Both the position numbers and the translations under genes were made by a program. Below are positions 17,695 to 27,482 of a stretch of 64,000 nt of DNA, in pieces; the first letter of the stretch is position 1; every line of letters begins with the position of its first letter. Source of the DNA: a virus (taxonomy: Duplodnaviria > Caudoviricetes); the IMG/VR virus record IMGVR_UViG_2767802067_000002, positions 32,001-96,000 of that record, one strand, 5' to 3'. Under the pieces are notes generated by a model. It was not told where the DNA came from. It made no database searches and saw nothing but the letters and a program-made list of their open reading frames with translations.

Positions 17695-19710
17695 TCAACC
17701 CTCCCAGCAGGCGACCACCATCCCGGCCGCCGGGGCGGGTGCGGTCGCGGCCTCGGCGATGATCTCGGCCATGCTCACGTCCAGGCGGAAGCGGTGGCCG
17801 GTCATCTCCTCCGCGAGGGCATAGCGGGCGGCCAGCGCGGGCTGCAGGTGGGCGGCACGCACGAGCGCGGCCCGGGAGGCCAACACGCAGTTGCCCGTCA
17901 TCAGGTCCTCGGCCAGCGCGAACGCCTGGGCGCCGGGGACGACCGCGCAGTACACCTCCTCGACCCGATCGGTCGGGGTCACCTCGTCGACCACCCACAG
18001 CCTGTCGTGCGCTTCGCGGACGGTGGCCTTCTCGGCAATCCGGTCGCGGTGGGCGTCGATCTTCCAGAACCAGTCCGGCAGGTCGGTGGCGTCCAGCGTG
18101 ATCGTGTAGAGCGGCGTGGCCGCCTTGCCCGTCCCGACCCGCATCGACGTCCTCACCGGCCCGTACCCGACGCCGCACACCGCGGCGACATCCCGGATCA
18201 CCTGCATCGACTCCTTGCTCGCCGAGGCCATCCGGGCGGAGCCGTGCTCGGTCACGGTTCCGTCGGCCGCGAAGTAGCCAGCGAGCCAGGACAGCAGGAA
18301 CGACCGGGACTCCCGCAAGTCCGGGCCTTCCTTCCAGAGCCGGGGCAGGCCGTAGATCCTCAGTGCGTCCTTGCCGTTCAGCCTGGTCGGCTTGGGCCGG
18401 TGCGCGGCGAAGTAGGGCAGGATCGCACCGTCCTTCTCAGCCAGGTGGATGTCGAGGCATGCGGGGCGGTCGCCCGACCCCTTCGTCCCGTCGCCGTACA
18501 CGAAGCCCTGCGCGACCGCGAACGGTACTTCCCCGCCCTGGGCCAGCGACTGCGCCTTCACGCTGCGCAGCCTGGTGCCCAGGGTCAGCTCGCTGGTGAC
18601 CAGCTCGACCGTCACGTCCTCGTAGCCGTTGTGGCGGCCGTCCTTCTTCGGCGGCCGCAGCTTCCGGTCCCAGGTCAGCCACCGGTGCTCGGCGGTGGCG
18701 TGGACGATCCGGGTCTGCCGCCCGCGGTGCATCGTGATGCGCCACAGCCGCTGGACGCCGAACGCTCGGACTTCCACCTCCTTGAACGATCCGGCCCCGC
18801 TCAGCCCGTACGGAGTGACCTTCGGGATCAGCAGCTCATGTCGCCCGCCGGCGAGCTCCGCGATCGGGCGCAGCCCGGCCCGGGTCACGACCTCGGTCTC
18901 ACCGGCGAGGCAGAACACGCAGCTCAGGCGCGGCATCCCAGCCTTGTAGGCGGGGTGCGGGCGGGTGCCCGCGACGAAGATCGCGGCCCAGACGTCCGCC
19001 GTTGACCAGCCGTGGATAGGCAGCCAGGTGTCCACCCACCGCAGGGTGTTCGACGCACCGTGCTGCATCCGGTCCTTGGCCGGGATCTTCTTCGGTTTGA
19101 GCCCGGCGGCCTCGGCGGCCTTGGCGGCCTCCTTCGCGGCCTCGGTGGCCTTCCGGCGCCGCTGGCACTCCGCGCACGGGCAGGTCTTCGAGCCGTCGTG
19201 GCAGAAGGGCACGAGCTTGCGCCGGGCGGCGCTCTCGTCCGCGCGCAGGCCCATCACGTTGAGGATCCGGACCACGCCGACGTGGCCGGCGGCCCGGGCC
19301 TCGTTCACCAGCATGGTGATCAGCTTCCGGATCGGCCCGCGCTTAAAATCCGATGTACACCACCTGTTGTCGGCCGAAGGCCACATGCCGCGTTCTTCGA
19401 CGCGCTCGATCAGGTTGGAGCCGACCCGCTGCACCGTCTCGAACCGCAGGCCGTAGTGCCGGGCGTGCTCCTCGGCGAGCTCCCGCACCCCGGGCCACTC
19501 GACGATCCCGAGGTCCGCGTGCACCACCACGACCCGGTCCGCGACGCCGGCCGCCGTGGCGTGCAGCATCAGCTCCGCGAGCATCGCCTGCGAGTCCTTG
19601 CCCCCACTGACGTTCGCGATGATCCACCGGTACGAGGCGAGGTCCGGCACCTCGGGGCGCAGCTCGACCAGGTCGAACGCGGCCTGCCCGGGGATGACTC
19701 GTCGCGCCAT
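17695..19710 (-). CDS. PAPS reductase-family (PP-loop) protein containing an intein
   Basis: GAAGGAGG RBS; start MARRVIPG; SGGKDS PP-loop; RWCTSDFKRGP; MGLRADESAAR; HPAY..GMPRLSCVF/CVLA. Confidence 0.85.
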   Translation of the reverse strand: MARRVIPGQAAFDLVELRPEVPDLASYRWIIANVSGGKDSQAMLAELMLHATAAGVADRVVVVHADLGIVEWPGVRELAEEHARHYGLRFETVQRVGSNLIERVEERGMWPSADNRWCTSDFKRGPIRKLITMLVNEARAAGHVGVVRILNVMGLRADESAARRKLVPFCHDGSKTCPCAECQRRRKATEAAKEAAKAAEAAGLKPKKIPAKDRMQHGASNTLRWVDTWLPIHGWSTADVWAAIFVAGTRPHPAYKAGMPRLSCVFCLAGETEVVTRAGLRPIAELAGGRHELLIPKVTPYGLSGAGSFKEVEVRAFGVQRLWRITMHRGRQTRIVHATAEHRWLTWDRKLRPPKKDGRHNGYEDVTVELVTSELTLGTRLRSVKAQSLAQGGEVPFAVAQGFVYGDGTKGSGDRPACLDIHLAEKDGAILPYFAAHRPKPTRLNGKDALRIYGLPRLWKEGPDLRESRSFLLSWLAGYFAADGTVTEHGSARMASASKESMQVIRDVAAVCGVGYGPVRTSMRVGTGKAATPLYTITLDATDLPDWFWKIDAHRDRIAEKATVREAHDRLWVVDEVTPTDRVEEVYCAVVPGAQAFALAEDLMTGNCVLASRAALVRAAHLQPALAARYALAEEMTGHRFRLDVSMAEIIAEAATAPAPAAGMVVACWEG
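17890..18912 (-). mobile_element. Intein with LAGLIDADG homing endonuclease (341 aa)
   Basis: N-terminus CLAGETEV; block B ATAEH; GFVYGDG and LAGYFAADG; C-terminus VYCAVVPG...TGN|C. Splicing restores the extein motif RLSCVFCVLA. Confidence 0.9.
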
Positions 19711-19769
19711 CTGCTCCTCCTTCGGGGTGGGGGCCGGGACCTTACGGCCCCGGCCCGGCTGTCGGTCGG

Positions 19770-20066
19770 TCAGCTCGCCTGGTAGGCGGTCAGGTCGCTG
19801 TCGGGGGCCAGCGCGAGGCCCAGGCGGGCGAGCAGCCGGTCGACGGCCTCGCGGGCGGTGGCGCCCCGGGCCGTGTCGACGCGACCGAGGGCGTCCATCG
19901 CTTCGACGCCGAGCTCCTCGAGGACCCGCGCGCGCCGGACCGGGTCGGTCGGAGCGGGCGCGGCGTCCCACAGGGTGTAGCCGGCGCCGTCGCGGCCGAC
20001 GATGACGAACTCGCGCTCGCCGGGGTCGGCGGTGCCGGTCGCGGGGGTCTGGGCGGTGGTGCTCAT
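19770..20066 (-). CDS. Hypothetical protein
   Basis: GAAGGAG RBS; cassette bounded by hairpins. Confidence 0.65.
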   Translation of the reverse strand: MSTTAQTPATGTADPGEREFVIVGRDGAGYTLWDAAPAPTDPVRRARVLEELGVEAMDALGRVDTARGATAREAVDRLLARLGLALAPDSDLTAYQAS

Positions 20067-20138
20067 CGGGCTCTCCTTCGTGGTGGTGGGTGGGGGTCGG
20101 GGCGCGGCCGGATTCCCGCCCGGCCGCGCCCGGCGCGG

Positions 20139-20612
20139 TCAGGCCGCGGTCGCCAGGCAGGCGGCCAGCACCTCCCGCGCGGTCTCGTCGACCGAGGTCG
20201 CGATCAGGTCGGTGACCGTCTCGGGGCACAGCGGGTACGGGTACTCGCCGCCGGTGTACCGGTCGCCCTTGCCGAGCAGCCGGTCGGCCTCGTCGCTGGT
20301 CAGCGCGGTGCCGTCCGCCAGGTTCCAGGCCCACAGGCCGTGCGCGCCGTCGTCGTTGACGTCCGGGACGGTCACGGCCACGACGGCGGGCGCGTCGTCG
20401 TCCAGCGCGGTGGCGATCGTGTCGAGCAGCCGGCCGAGCTCCAGCCGGTCGAAGCCGACCTCCCACTCGGGGCCGAGCTCGCCGACGGCCTGGGCGAAGC
20501 CGCCGCGCTCGGCGATGACCGCGAGGGTGATCCGGGCGTCGTCTTCGAAGACGACGTTGAACGCGGCGGTGACGACCTGGGCGGCCCGGGCGATGGTGGA
20601 GGTGCTGCGCAT
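20139..20612 (-). CDS. Hypothetical protein
   Basis: Start MRSTST after GAGG; C-terminal part of the 20139..21617 ORF. Confidence 0.65.
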   Translation of the reverse strand: MRSTSTIARAAQVVTAAFNVVFEDDARITLAVIAERGGFAQAVGELGPEWEVGFDRLELGRLLDTIATALDDDAPAVVAVTVPDVNDDGAHGLWAWNLADGTALTSDEADRLLGKGDRYTGGEYPYPLCPETVTDLIATSVDETAREVLAACLATAA

Positions 20613-20752
20613 CGTGATCCCTCTCTGGGTGGTCGTGTGGGAGGCTGTGGGGGTCGCGTTCGCCTGGGGTCGAGGTACCTGGTGGGGCGGGCGCGACCAG
20701 CGCGGCCGACGGATTCCCACGCTTTTGCGCCCGTCGGCCGCGCACCTGCCGG

Positions 20753-21871
20753 TCAGGCCGCGGCGGCCTCGTCGCCGTTCTCCTCGGCGGCGAACATCGC
20801 GTCGAGCTGTCCCAGCTGGTCGACCTGCTCGGCGGTGAGCGCACCGTCCGGGTCGCCGACCGTGTCGTACAGTTCGACCGCCGTGCGCAGCGCGCCGCGC
20901 ACTCCGAGCCCGCCGACCAGGCGCAGCGGGCCGTCGAGGTCGCCGTCGTAGTCGGCGAACAGGCCGGCGAGCTTGGTCACCTGCCCGACCTGTGCGCTGC
21001 TGAGCTGGTCGTACGGGTCGCCGTAGGAGCCCAGCAGCTCGACGGCCGCGCGCACCGCGCTCAGCACGCCCACCGCGCCGAGCAGTTCGAGCGCCCCGGC
21101 GATCGGCCGGGTGGTCGCGGCGCGCGGGGTGCCGGGCAGGGCGACGGTGAACACCCCAGTGCCGCGCCCCTCCTCCTCCCAGCCGAAGTCGCCCAGGATC
21201 TCCTCGTCGGTCCGGACGAAGGTCAGGGTGTCGGTCAGGTAGCCGTTCGCGTCGAAGGCGAGCTTGTCGAACGCGCCGTCCTGGGGCTCCGTCCACACGG
21301 TCTCGGTGCCCTGGTGGACGGCGGCCAGGGCCAGGCCCTTGGTGCGGACCGTGATGTCGGTCGCGTCCGGGTACTGCTCGCGGACGGCCATGCCGATCAT
21401 CGCGAGCCCGGCCTTCATCATGGCCTCGCGGGCGCGCTGCGCGTCCTCGAACGCCCACTCGTAGCTGCCGGTGATGTCGTCGGCCTCCGCCTGGGCAGGG
21501 GCCGGGGCGGCGGCCGCGGCCTGCTGGACGCGGTTGGCGGCGTTCCGCCGCCGGATGCGGGCGATCTCCGCGACCGCGCTCCGGACTGCGCTGCGCCGGG
21601 TGTGGCCGGTGGCCCACACCTTCTTGAAGCCGTCGACGTCCCGGACCTCCCAGCCGCCGAACGACCGGTAGACGGTCACCTGCCAGTCGGTGGCGTCCTC
21701 CGCCGGCGGGACGTCCGCCGGGAAGTCGGCGGGCACGGTGAACAGGTAGCCCTCGCGGCCGTACAGGGCGTCCGTCTCGATCGGGGCCGGGCCGGGCCGG
21801 TTCGGGCCGTACTTGGTGAGCTTGACGGCCAGGTCGATGCCGTCGGCGGTGGTGGTGGTGATGGTGGTCAT
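20753..21871 (-). CDS. Hypothetical multidomain protein
   Basis: GAGGAG RBS; middle domain paralogous to 21945..22316. Confidence 0.7.
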   Translation of the reverse strand: MTTITTTTADGIDLAVKLTKYGPNRPGPAPIETDALYGREGYLFTVPADFPADVPPAEDATDWQVTVYRSFGGWEVRDVDGFKKVWATGHTRRSAVRSAVAEIARIRRRNAANRVQQAAAAAPAPAQAEADDITGSYEWAFEDAQRAREAMMKAGLAMIGMAVREQYPDATDITVRTKGLALAAVHQGTETVWTEPQDGAFDKLAFDANGYLTDTLTFVRTDEEILGDFGWEEEGRGTGVFTVALPGTPRAATTRPIAGALELLGAVGVLSAVRAAVELLGSYGDPYDQLSSAQVGQVTKLAGLFADYDGDLDGPLRLVGGLGVRGALRTAVELYDTVGDPDGALTAEQVDQLGQLDAMFAAEENGDEAAAA

Positions 21872-21944
21872 CGGGTTCTCCTCTTGGCTGGTGGCTTGGG
21901 GGTCGGGGCGCGGCCGGATTCCCGCCCGGCCGCGCCCGGGGCGG

Positions 21945-22316
21945 TCAGGCCGCGGTCGGCAGGGGGACGGTGAACACCTCCACCTGGTGCTCGTCCTGCT
22001 CCCAGCCGAAGTCGCACAGGGTCTCGTCGTCGCCGTCCCGGACGAAGCCCAGGAGGTCGGCCAGCATGCGGTGGACGTCGTCGGCGAGCAGGTTGAAGAC
22101 CTTGGGGTCGTGGGCCCACACGGTCTCGCCGCCCTGGTGGATGGCGGTCAGCGTCGCGTTCGCGGCGTGGATCGTGATGCCGGTCGCGCCGGGGTGCTCG
22201 GCGCGGATGGCCTCGGCGATCATCGCGACGCTGGCGGTCGCCAGGGCTTCGCGGGCGTGGAGCGCGGCGGCGTAGGCCGCTTCGCTGGCGGCGATGAGGG
22301 CGGTGGTGATGCGCAT
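21945..22316 (-). CDS. Hypothetical protein
   Basis: GAGGAG RBS, directly behind a class 1 promoter/operator. Confidence 0.7.
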   Translation of the reverse strand: MRITTALIAASEAAYAAALHAREALATASVAMIAEAIRAEHPGATGITIHAANATLTAIHQGGETVWAHDPKVFNLLADDVHRMLADLLGFVRDGDDETLCDFGWEQDEHQVEVFTVPLPTAA

Positions 22317-22488
22317 CGGGTTCTCCTCTGGCGGTCTTAGTGGGTAGGCACTATGTTCAACGCCGGGGCGTCCCTGGAGTACCGGGGTGACGCCGGGTAT
22401 TTTCAGAAAATCGCAGCTCAGCGGGCATTTGTCCTCACCCGGAGCCGGGGGCGCAGCCGGACTCCCGCCCGGCCACGCCCGGTGCGGG

Positions 22489-24333
22489 TCAGGCCGCGAG
22501 GGCCAGCCAGGGGCGCCCCTGGCCCGGCGCGTACCGGCTGATCTCCTCGCCGGTGATGCACTCGGTCAGGGCGCACATCAAGATCTCGGCGACGTTGGGC
22601 GTCACCGCGTTGCCGTACTGCTTGACCCGGGCCCTCTTCGAGCCGAGCACGATGTAGTCGTCCGCGAAGCTCATCGCGCGGCCGATCTCGTGGGGCTGGA
22701 GCATCCGGAACAGGACCCGCGAGAGGTCCCACTCGCCGTCCGGGGTGATGAACGCGAACCTGTCGCGGGTCGACTGGGTGCCCATCGGCTCGCTCACCGG
22801 CTTGGCCCGGCCGTTGCCGTAGTACGGGACGAGGAGGCCGTCCCCGGGGGTCACCAGCGACTGGTGGCCCGCCGCGGTCAGGGTCCGCAGCGGCTCGCTG
22901 ACCGGGGTGCACATCTGACCGGGATCGCCGTTCGGGGTGTTGTTCCGCATCACGAACGCGGAGGTCACCAAGCCGTGGTGGTTGCCGCCGGCCGACACGG
23001 TGTGCAGCGGCTCCCGGATGTGCCTGGCCTTCTCCAGGTCGCCGCCGCCGCGCATCGGGATGATGAACGGCGCGTAGGCGAGGGCCGTCTCCAGCCTGGT
23101 CGTCTGGGTGCGCAGCGGGTCGTCCAGGCGCATCGCCTTCTTCCCGTCGCGGCCCTCGCAGGGAATCAGCAGCGGCGGGATCACCAGGCCGTCGCTCTCG
23201 CGGGTGGTGCGGGTCGCCATCGGGTCGCAGACGCTCGCGGCGCCGTTCCGCCAGGTGCCGCCGGTCGGGACGAGCAGCGGGCCCGGCTGGCCGCCGGTCA
23301 GATCGTCGCCGAACAGCGCACCCTGCTGGTCCCCGAGCGGGCCGCCGGGGGTCGGCCAGAACTTCTCGACCCCGGCCCGGATGCGGGCCATCGTGTTCGG
23401 GGCCAGCCCTTCCGGGCACTCCTCGGACTTCGGCCGGTCACCGATGGGCGTTCCTTCGATCCCCCAGTCGATCGCCGCGGCGGCCGGGAGGACGTCGGGC
23501 TCGACGACCTGGCCGCACGAGGACTTCGGGCACCGGTAGGTGTAGCTGGCGCGGTACCGGCCCATGTCCTGGCCTGGCTTGTTGAACACCTGCATCGAGT
23601 CGACCCACTCGGCGCAGTTGACGCAGAACGCCTTGGGGCGGAGCCACTTGTCCCAGTCGGGGTGGCGGCCAAGGGACTTGTGCCAGTACGCGACGTACAG
23701 CCGGTCGCGGCTCTGCGGGGCACGGTGCACGCTGCGCGGGTCGGCGTGCATCGAGTTCAGCGCGATGACCCGCACGAAGTAGCCGAGCTTGCGGATCTCG
23801 TTCAGCCACTGGTCCCAGTCGACCCAGCTCCTGACGTCCGTCACGTTCTCGACCACTCCGGCCTTGACCAGGCCGCCGCGCTCGATCACCCCGCGCAGGT
23901 AGAGCGGCACCTCCTCCATCAGGGCCCGCGACTCTTCCTCCTCCTTCGTGGGGCCGACCGGCTGCCCGTTCTCGTCGAGGAGCGCGGCCTCCTGCTCGGC
24001 GTACAGGCTCAGCAGGTCACCCTGCATCGCCTTGTCGAAGTCCCGCTTCTTGCCCTTGGCGGATGACCAATTGGTGCACTCTGGGGAGGCCCAGAACAGG
24101 TCCGTAATCTCCCACGCCCAGACCGGGGCCTTGCGGATGTCGCCCCGGTAGTGGGCGACGCCGGGGAAGTTGGCCTCGTGGCTGTCGATGGCCTGCTTCC
24201 AGTGGTTCGCCGCGCGGGCCACCCGCAGGCCGGGCACCGCGTGCATGCCCTGGGACGAGCCGCCTGCCCCGCTGAACCAGTCTTGGACCGTGAGCTCGTT
24301 CTGGTCGGCCCACTTCGTCCGCATCGCTGCCAT
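22489..24333 (-). CDS. DNA (cytosine-5) methyltransferase
   Basis: Motifs DWFSGAGG (I), ASPECTNWS (IV), VVENV (VI), PQSRDRLY (VIII), RMLQPHE (IX), KQYGNAV (X); no cognate REase nearby. Confidence 0.92.
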   Translation of the reverse strand: MAAMRTKWADQNELTVQDWFSGAGGSSQGMHAVPGLRVARAANHWKQAIDSHEANFPGVAHYRGDIRKAPVWAWEITDLFWASPECTNWSSAKGKKRDFDKAMQGDLLSLYAEQEAALLDENGQPVGPTKEEEESRALMEEVPLYLRGVIERGGLVKAGVVENVTDVRSWVDWDQWLNEIRKLGYFVRVIALNSMHADPRSVHRAPQSRDRLYVAYWHKSLGRHPDWDKWLRPKAFCVNCAEWVDSMQVFNKPGQDMGRYRASYTYRCPKSSCGQVVEPDVLPAAAAIDWGIEGTPIGDRPKSEECPEGLAPNTMARIRAGVEKFWPTPGGPLGDQQGALFGDDLTGGQPGPLLVPTGGTWRNGAASVCDPMATRTTRESDGLVIPPLLIPCEGRDGKKAMRLDDPLRTQTTRLETALAYAPFIIPMRGGGDLEKARHIREPLHTVSAGGNHHGLVTSAFVMRNNTPNGDPGQMCTPVSEPLRTLTAAGHQSLVTPGDGLLVPYYGNGRAKPVSEPMGTQSTRDRFAFITPDGEWDLSRVLFRMLQPHEIGRAMSFADDYIVLGSKRARVKQYGNAVTPNVAEILMCALTECITGEEISRYAPGQGRPWLALAA

Positions 24334-24425
24334 CGTTTCGCTCTCTTCCCGCTGGGGTCGGTGGTGGGTTGGCCGGCCGGGCGGGATTCCCGCCCCGCCC
24401 GGTCGGCGGGGGTGGTGAGGGTAGG

Positions 24426-24521
24426 TCAGCCGCGGCGCGCGGCGCTGGTCTGGACGACGCTTCCGCGCAGCCTCTCGGGGAGGCCCCCGAGGCTCGGGGC
24501 GCTGTCGCTGGTGGCTCGCAT
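24426..24521 (-). CDS. 31-aa micro-ORF
   Basis: GAAGGA RBS then MRATSDSAPSLGGLPERLRGSVVQTSAARRG*; first ORF behind a class 2 promoter. Confidence 0.4.
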   Translation of the reverse strand: MRATSDSAPSLGGLPERLRGSVVQTSAARRG

Positions 24522-24683
24522 GTTCTTCCTTCGCTGGTGGGTTGGTGTGTTGTTGATCTACTTCCATCATTCCCAAGTGGATTTGAGCTAACCCATTTGA
24601 CCAAATGGATTTAGGAAAGATTCGGGGCTCGCAGGCGAACGGGCGGCGGGCATTGTGCCCGCCGCCCGCCTCCTGGCGCTCGG

Positions 24684-25802
24684 TCAGGCCGCGGCGCTGG
24701 TGCGGCGCTCGGCGCGGCGGGCGCGGTCGCGCTCGCGGCGGCAGGTGCGGCAGGTCCGGCGGCTCTTGTGCCGGTAGGTGTTCGCCTCGTCGTAGGCGTG
24801 GCCGTTCTTGCAGCGCTCGACCGGCTCCGGGTGCTGCTCGGCACCGCACTTCGGGCACTGCGCCTCGTGCGCCTCGGGGAACGCGCCGCAGTCGCAGGAC
24901 CAAGTCTCGATGCACCAGGTCCAGCCGCTGCCGCCGCCGATGGCGTACAGGCCGTCGGCGTCGCGGGCGATGATCTCGACCGTGCGCTCCGGGTCGCGCT
25001 CGTCGTAGTGCTGCCAGCCGACGAGCATCACGACGGCCAGGGCGTCGCCGCCGAGGCCGCCGTCGATGACGTGGACGGTATCGAAGGTGCCCGCGCCGTA
25101 CTGCTCGTTCAGGCGGGCGGTGTCGGCCGCGAGCTGGCGAGCGGCGTCCAGGGTGAAGCGCGGGCTGACGTAACTGTTCCGGGTGGCGGGCGGGGTGACC
25201 CGGGCCGGTGCGCTGATGACGTCGGTGTCGATGCACACCCGGGTGTCGATGTCGCCGGCGGGCTCGGGCTTCGCGGCCCGTGCGGCGGCCTGCTGCTCGG
25301 CGGCCTGGTTCGCGGCGTACTGCTCGGCCTTCTCGTCGGCAGGCATCTCGCAGTCCTCGCGGAGCTGGCCGCAGCCCGAGCAGTGGGTCTCGTGCCAGTC
25401 GGTGCCGTCGTCGCAGTCGACGCACCACCAGGACGCCGCGTACCAGCACCACTCCCAGCCGCCGATGCCGTACAGGCCGTCCTCGTCGGGCTCGATGATG
25501 TCCGTGCATTCCTCGGGGCCGGAGTCGGGGAGGTACTGCCAGGAGACCTTGGTGACGATCGCGCGCGGGGTGCCGTCCGGGTTGGTGCCGCCTTCGACGA
25601 TGTGGACGGTGTCGACGCAGTCGCGGCCGAACTCCTCGGCCTGCTGGTCGAGGAACTTGGCGAGCTTGCGGACGGTGGTCAGGTCGAAGCAGGGTGACAG
25701 CCAGCCGTTCCACCGGTTGGTCGGGTCGACCATGGCCGGGAAGTCGGGGCCGTCGAGGGTCACGAGGGTGGCGACACGGTTGGGGTAGCGGGTGGAGGTC
25801 AT
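24684..25802 (-). CDS. Hypothetical protein with tandem duplicated domain and C-terminal Zn motifs
   Basis: Two copies of P.F.L...R.LA...DTVH...DGLY.IGG..W.W; C-terminus CKNGH...CRTC. Confidence 0.75.
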   Translation of the reverse strand: MTSTRYPNRVATLVTLDGPDFPAMVDPTNRWNGWLSPCFDLTTVRKLAKFLDQQAEEFGRDCVDTVHIVEGGTNPDGTPRAIVTKVSWQYLPDSGPEECTDIIEPDEDGLYGIGGWEWCWYAASWWCVDCDDGTDWHETHCSGCGQLREDCEMPADEKAEQYAANQAAEQQAAARAAKPEPAGDIDTRVCIDTDVISAPARVTPPATRNSYVSPRFTLDAARQLAADTARLNEQYGAGTFDTVHVIDGGLGGDALAVVMLVGWQHYDERDPERTVEIIARDADGLYAIGGGSGWTWCIETWSCDCGAFPEAHEAQCPKCGAEQHPEPVERCKNGHAYDEANTYRHKSRRTCRTCRRERDRARRAERRTSAAA

Positions 25803-25884
25803 CGTTCGCTCCTGCTGGGGTCGGTGGTGGGTGGCCGGCCGGGCGGGATTCCCGCCCCGCCCGGTCGGCGGAGGTGAGTGGGGG

Positions 25885-26376
25885 TCAGGCGGTGGCGTCG
25901 GCGGGCGCGGCCTGGTCGTCGCGGGCGCGGCCGCAGTTCTCGCAGGTGGCGGTGTGCCACTCGTCGCGCAGGCCGCAGGCGCACTGCCAGGACGCCGTCT
26001 CCCAGGCCCAGTGGTTGCCGATCCAGTACCGGCCGGTGCGGTCCGGGGTGACGATGCGGGTCGCGGCTCGCGGGCTATTGACCGCGCGGTCCCAGGTGAT
26101 GACCATGACGACGGCCATCGGGACGGACGGGTCCTCGTCCTCGTCCTCGTCGTCGAAGTCGCGGGGTGCGGGGTCGTTGCCGCTGTCGTCGCCGAGGACG
26201 TGGACGGTCACGGTGCCGTCGTGGCCGGCGCGCTCGGCGAGGGCCTGCGTGGCGGTGGCGAGGGCGCGGGCGTCGGCCAGGGAGAAGGCGTGAGCGCGGT
26301 CGGGGGCGTCGAGGTCCACTTCGGCGTTCACGACCTGGTCGCCGTCCAGGAGGAGGCGGGTGGGGGTGAGGTGCAT
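25885..26376 (-). CDS. Hypothetical protein (divergent paralog of the 24684 domain)
   Basis: FSLADARALA...TVHVL...PDRTGRYWIG..WAW; C-terminal CAC...CENC. Confidence 0.7.
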   Translation of the reverse strand: MHLTPTRLLLDGDQVVNAEVDLDAPDRAHAFSLADARALATATQALAERAGHDGTVTVHVLGDDSGNDPAPRDFDDEDEDEDPSVPMAVVMVITWDRAVNSPRAATRIVTPDRTGRYWIGNHWAWETASWQCACGLRDEWHTATCENCGRARDDQAAPADATA

Positions 26377-26440
26377 GGCGTTCTCCTCTGTCGGGGTCTG
26401 CGGTTGCTGGTGGGCTGTGCTGGATGGGGCTGGCGGTCGG

Positions 26441-26896
26441 TCAGAACAGGGCCGGCTGAGCGAGGGCCGGGGCGGGGGCGGGGCGGCGGATGCGCGGCTT
26501 GGCGCCGAGCTCGGGGACCTGCTGGCCGGTCCGCTCGGTCCACCAGCTCGCGAAGTGCTGGCGGTGGCAGAAGTTGCCGGGCTTGCTCAGAACGTCGAAG
26601 CACAGGAGGACGAGCGGGGTGTCTCCGGCGCCGATCGCGTCGCCGATGGCCTCCAGTTCGGCGCGGACCTTGGCGACGCCGACCTTGTCGAGCTGGTCGC
26701 GGTAGCGGAGCTCGTAGGCGTCCTCGGCGAGGTCCGCGGCGAGGAGCCCCCAGCTCGGGGTGAGGGTGCGGGCGTGCCCGGCGACCGGCTCGAAGAAGGA
26801 CCGGGCCGCCCCGGCCGTGGTGCGCACGGGGACGCCCATCGTGAGCCGGTACTCCTGGTAGGTGCAGGTCGCGAGGTTCAGCTGGCCAGGGAGCAT
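26441..26896 (-). CDS. DUF488-like protein, paralog 1
   Basis: LTPSWGLL...YELRY...LVLLCFD...FCHR..FA.W motif pattern. Confidence 0.65.
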   Translation of the reverse strand: MLPGQLNLATCTYQEYRLTMGVPVRTTAGAARSFFEPVAGHARTLTPSWGLLAADLAEDAYELRYRDQLDKVGVAKVRAELEAIGDAIGAGDTPLVLLCFDVLSKPGNFCHRQHFASWWTERTGQQVPELGAKPRIRRPAPAPALAQPALF

Positions 26897-27019
26897 CGCG
26901 CGTCCTTCCTGTCGGGGTCTGTGGTGGTTTGTGGTGCTACCAAGATCATTTCCCGTGGGGCCCTGGCTAACCCATTTGGCCAAATGAATTTGACAAAGAG
27001 TTCGCCAGGAACCCGCAGG

Positions 27020-27406
27020 TCAGAGGGCTTCCGGCTCGAACGGGATCAGCGGGAACAGGCCGTCCGTCGCGTACCAGCACCACTCGTGGCCGCCGACCGC
27101 GTACCGGCCGTCCGCGTTCGGCCGCAGGATCTCGGCGGCCTCCTCGGCGCGCTCGCCGCCGAGGTACATCCAGCACACGACCAGCACGACCGCGTGCGCG
27201 GTGCCGCTCACGTCGCCGTCCAGCACGTGCACCGTGTCCACCGAGCCGTGCCCGTACCGGGCGGCCTCCTCCTGGCTGGCGGCCGCGATCTCGCGCACGG
27301 TCTCCAGGTCGAACCAGGGCTTCACGTAGCCGTCGCGCTGGTCGGCGGGGTCCACCATCGCCGGGTACCGGTCGCGGTCGTTGCAGCACACCAGGGTCTG
27401 GATCAT
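27020..27406 (-). CDS. Hypothetical protein (single copy of the 24684 domain)
   Basis: YPAMVDP...PWFDLETVR...DTVHV...DGRYAVGGHEWCWY. Confidence 0.75.
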   Translation of the reverse strand: MIQTLVCCNDRDRYPAMVDPADQRDGYVKPWFDLETVREIAAASQEEAARYGHGSVDTVHVLDGDVSGTAHAVVLVVCWMYLGGERAEEAAEILRPNADGRYAVGGHEWCWYATDGLFPLIPFEPEAL

Positions 27407-27482
27407 CGGTCTCTCCTCCGGTTATGGGTCCGGCCGGGTCCGGGGCTCGCGCCCCGGCCCGGCCGGCTGGTCTGGCGGTCGG

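Noticed and set aside
17695-19710. Dnd/Ssp phosphorothioation system
   Set aside because: No cysteine desulfurase, DndD ATPase, DndE or Ssp partners in the window.
17695-25713. ORF-track lengths of 1049 aa (17695..20844) and 1074 aa (22489..25713)
   Set aside because: The N-terminal extensions overlap other genes in different frames; RBS-supported starts are 19710 and 24333.
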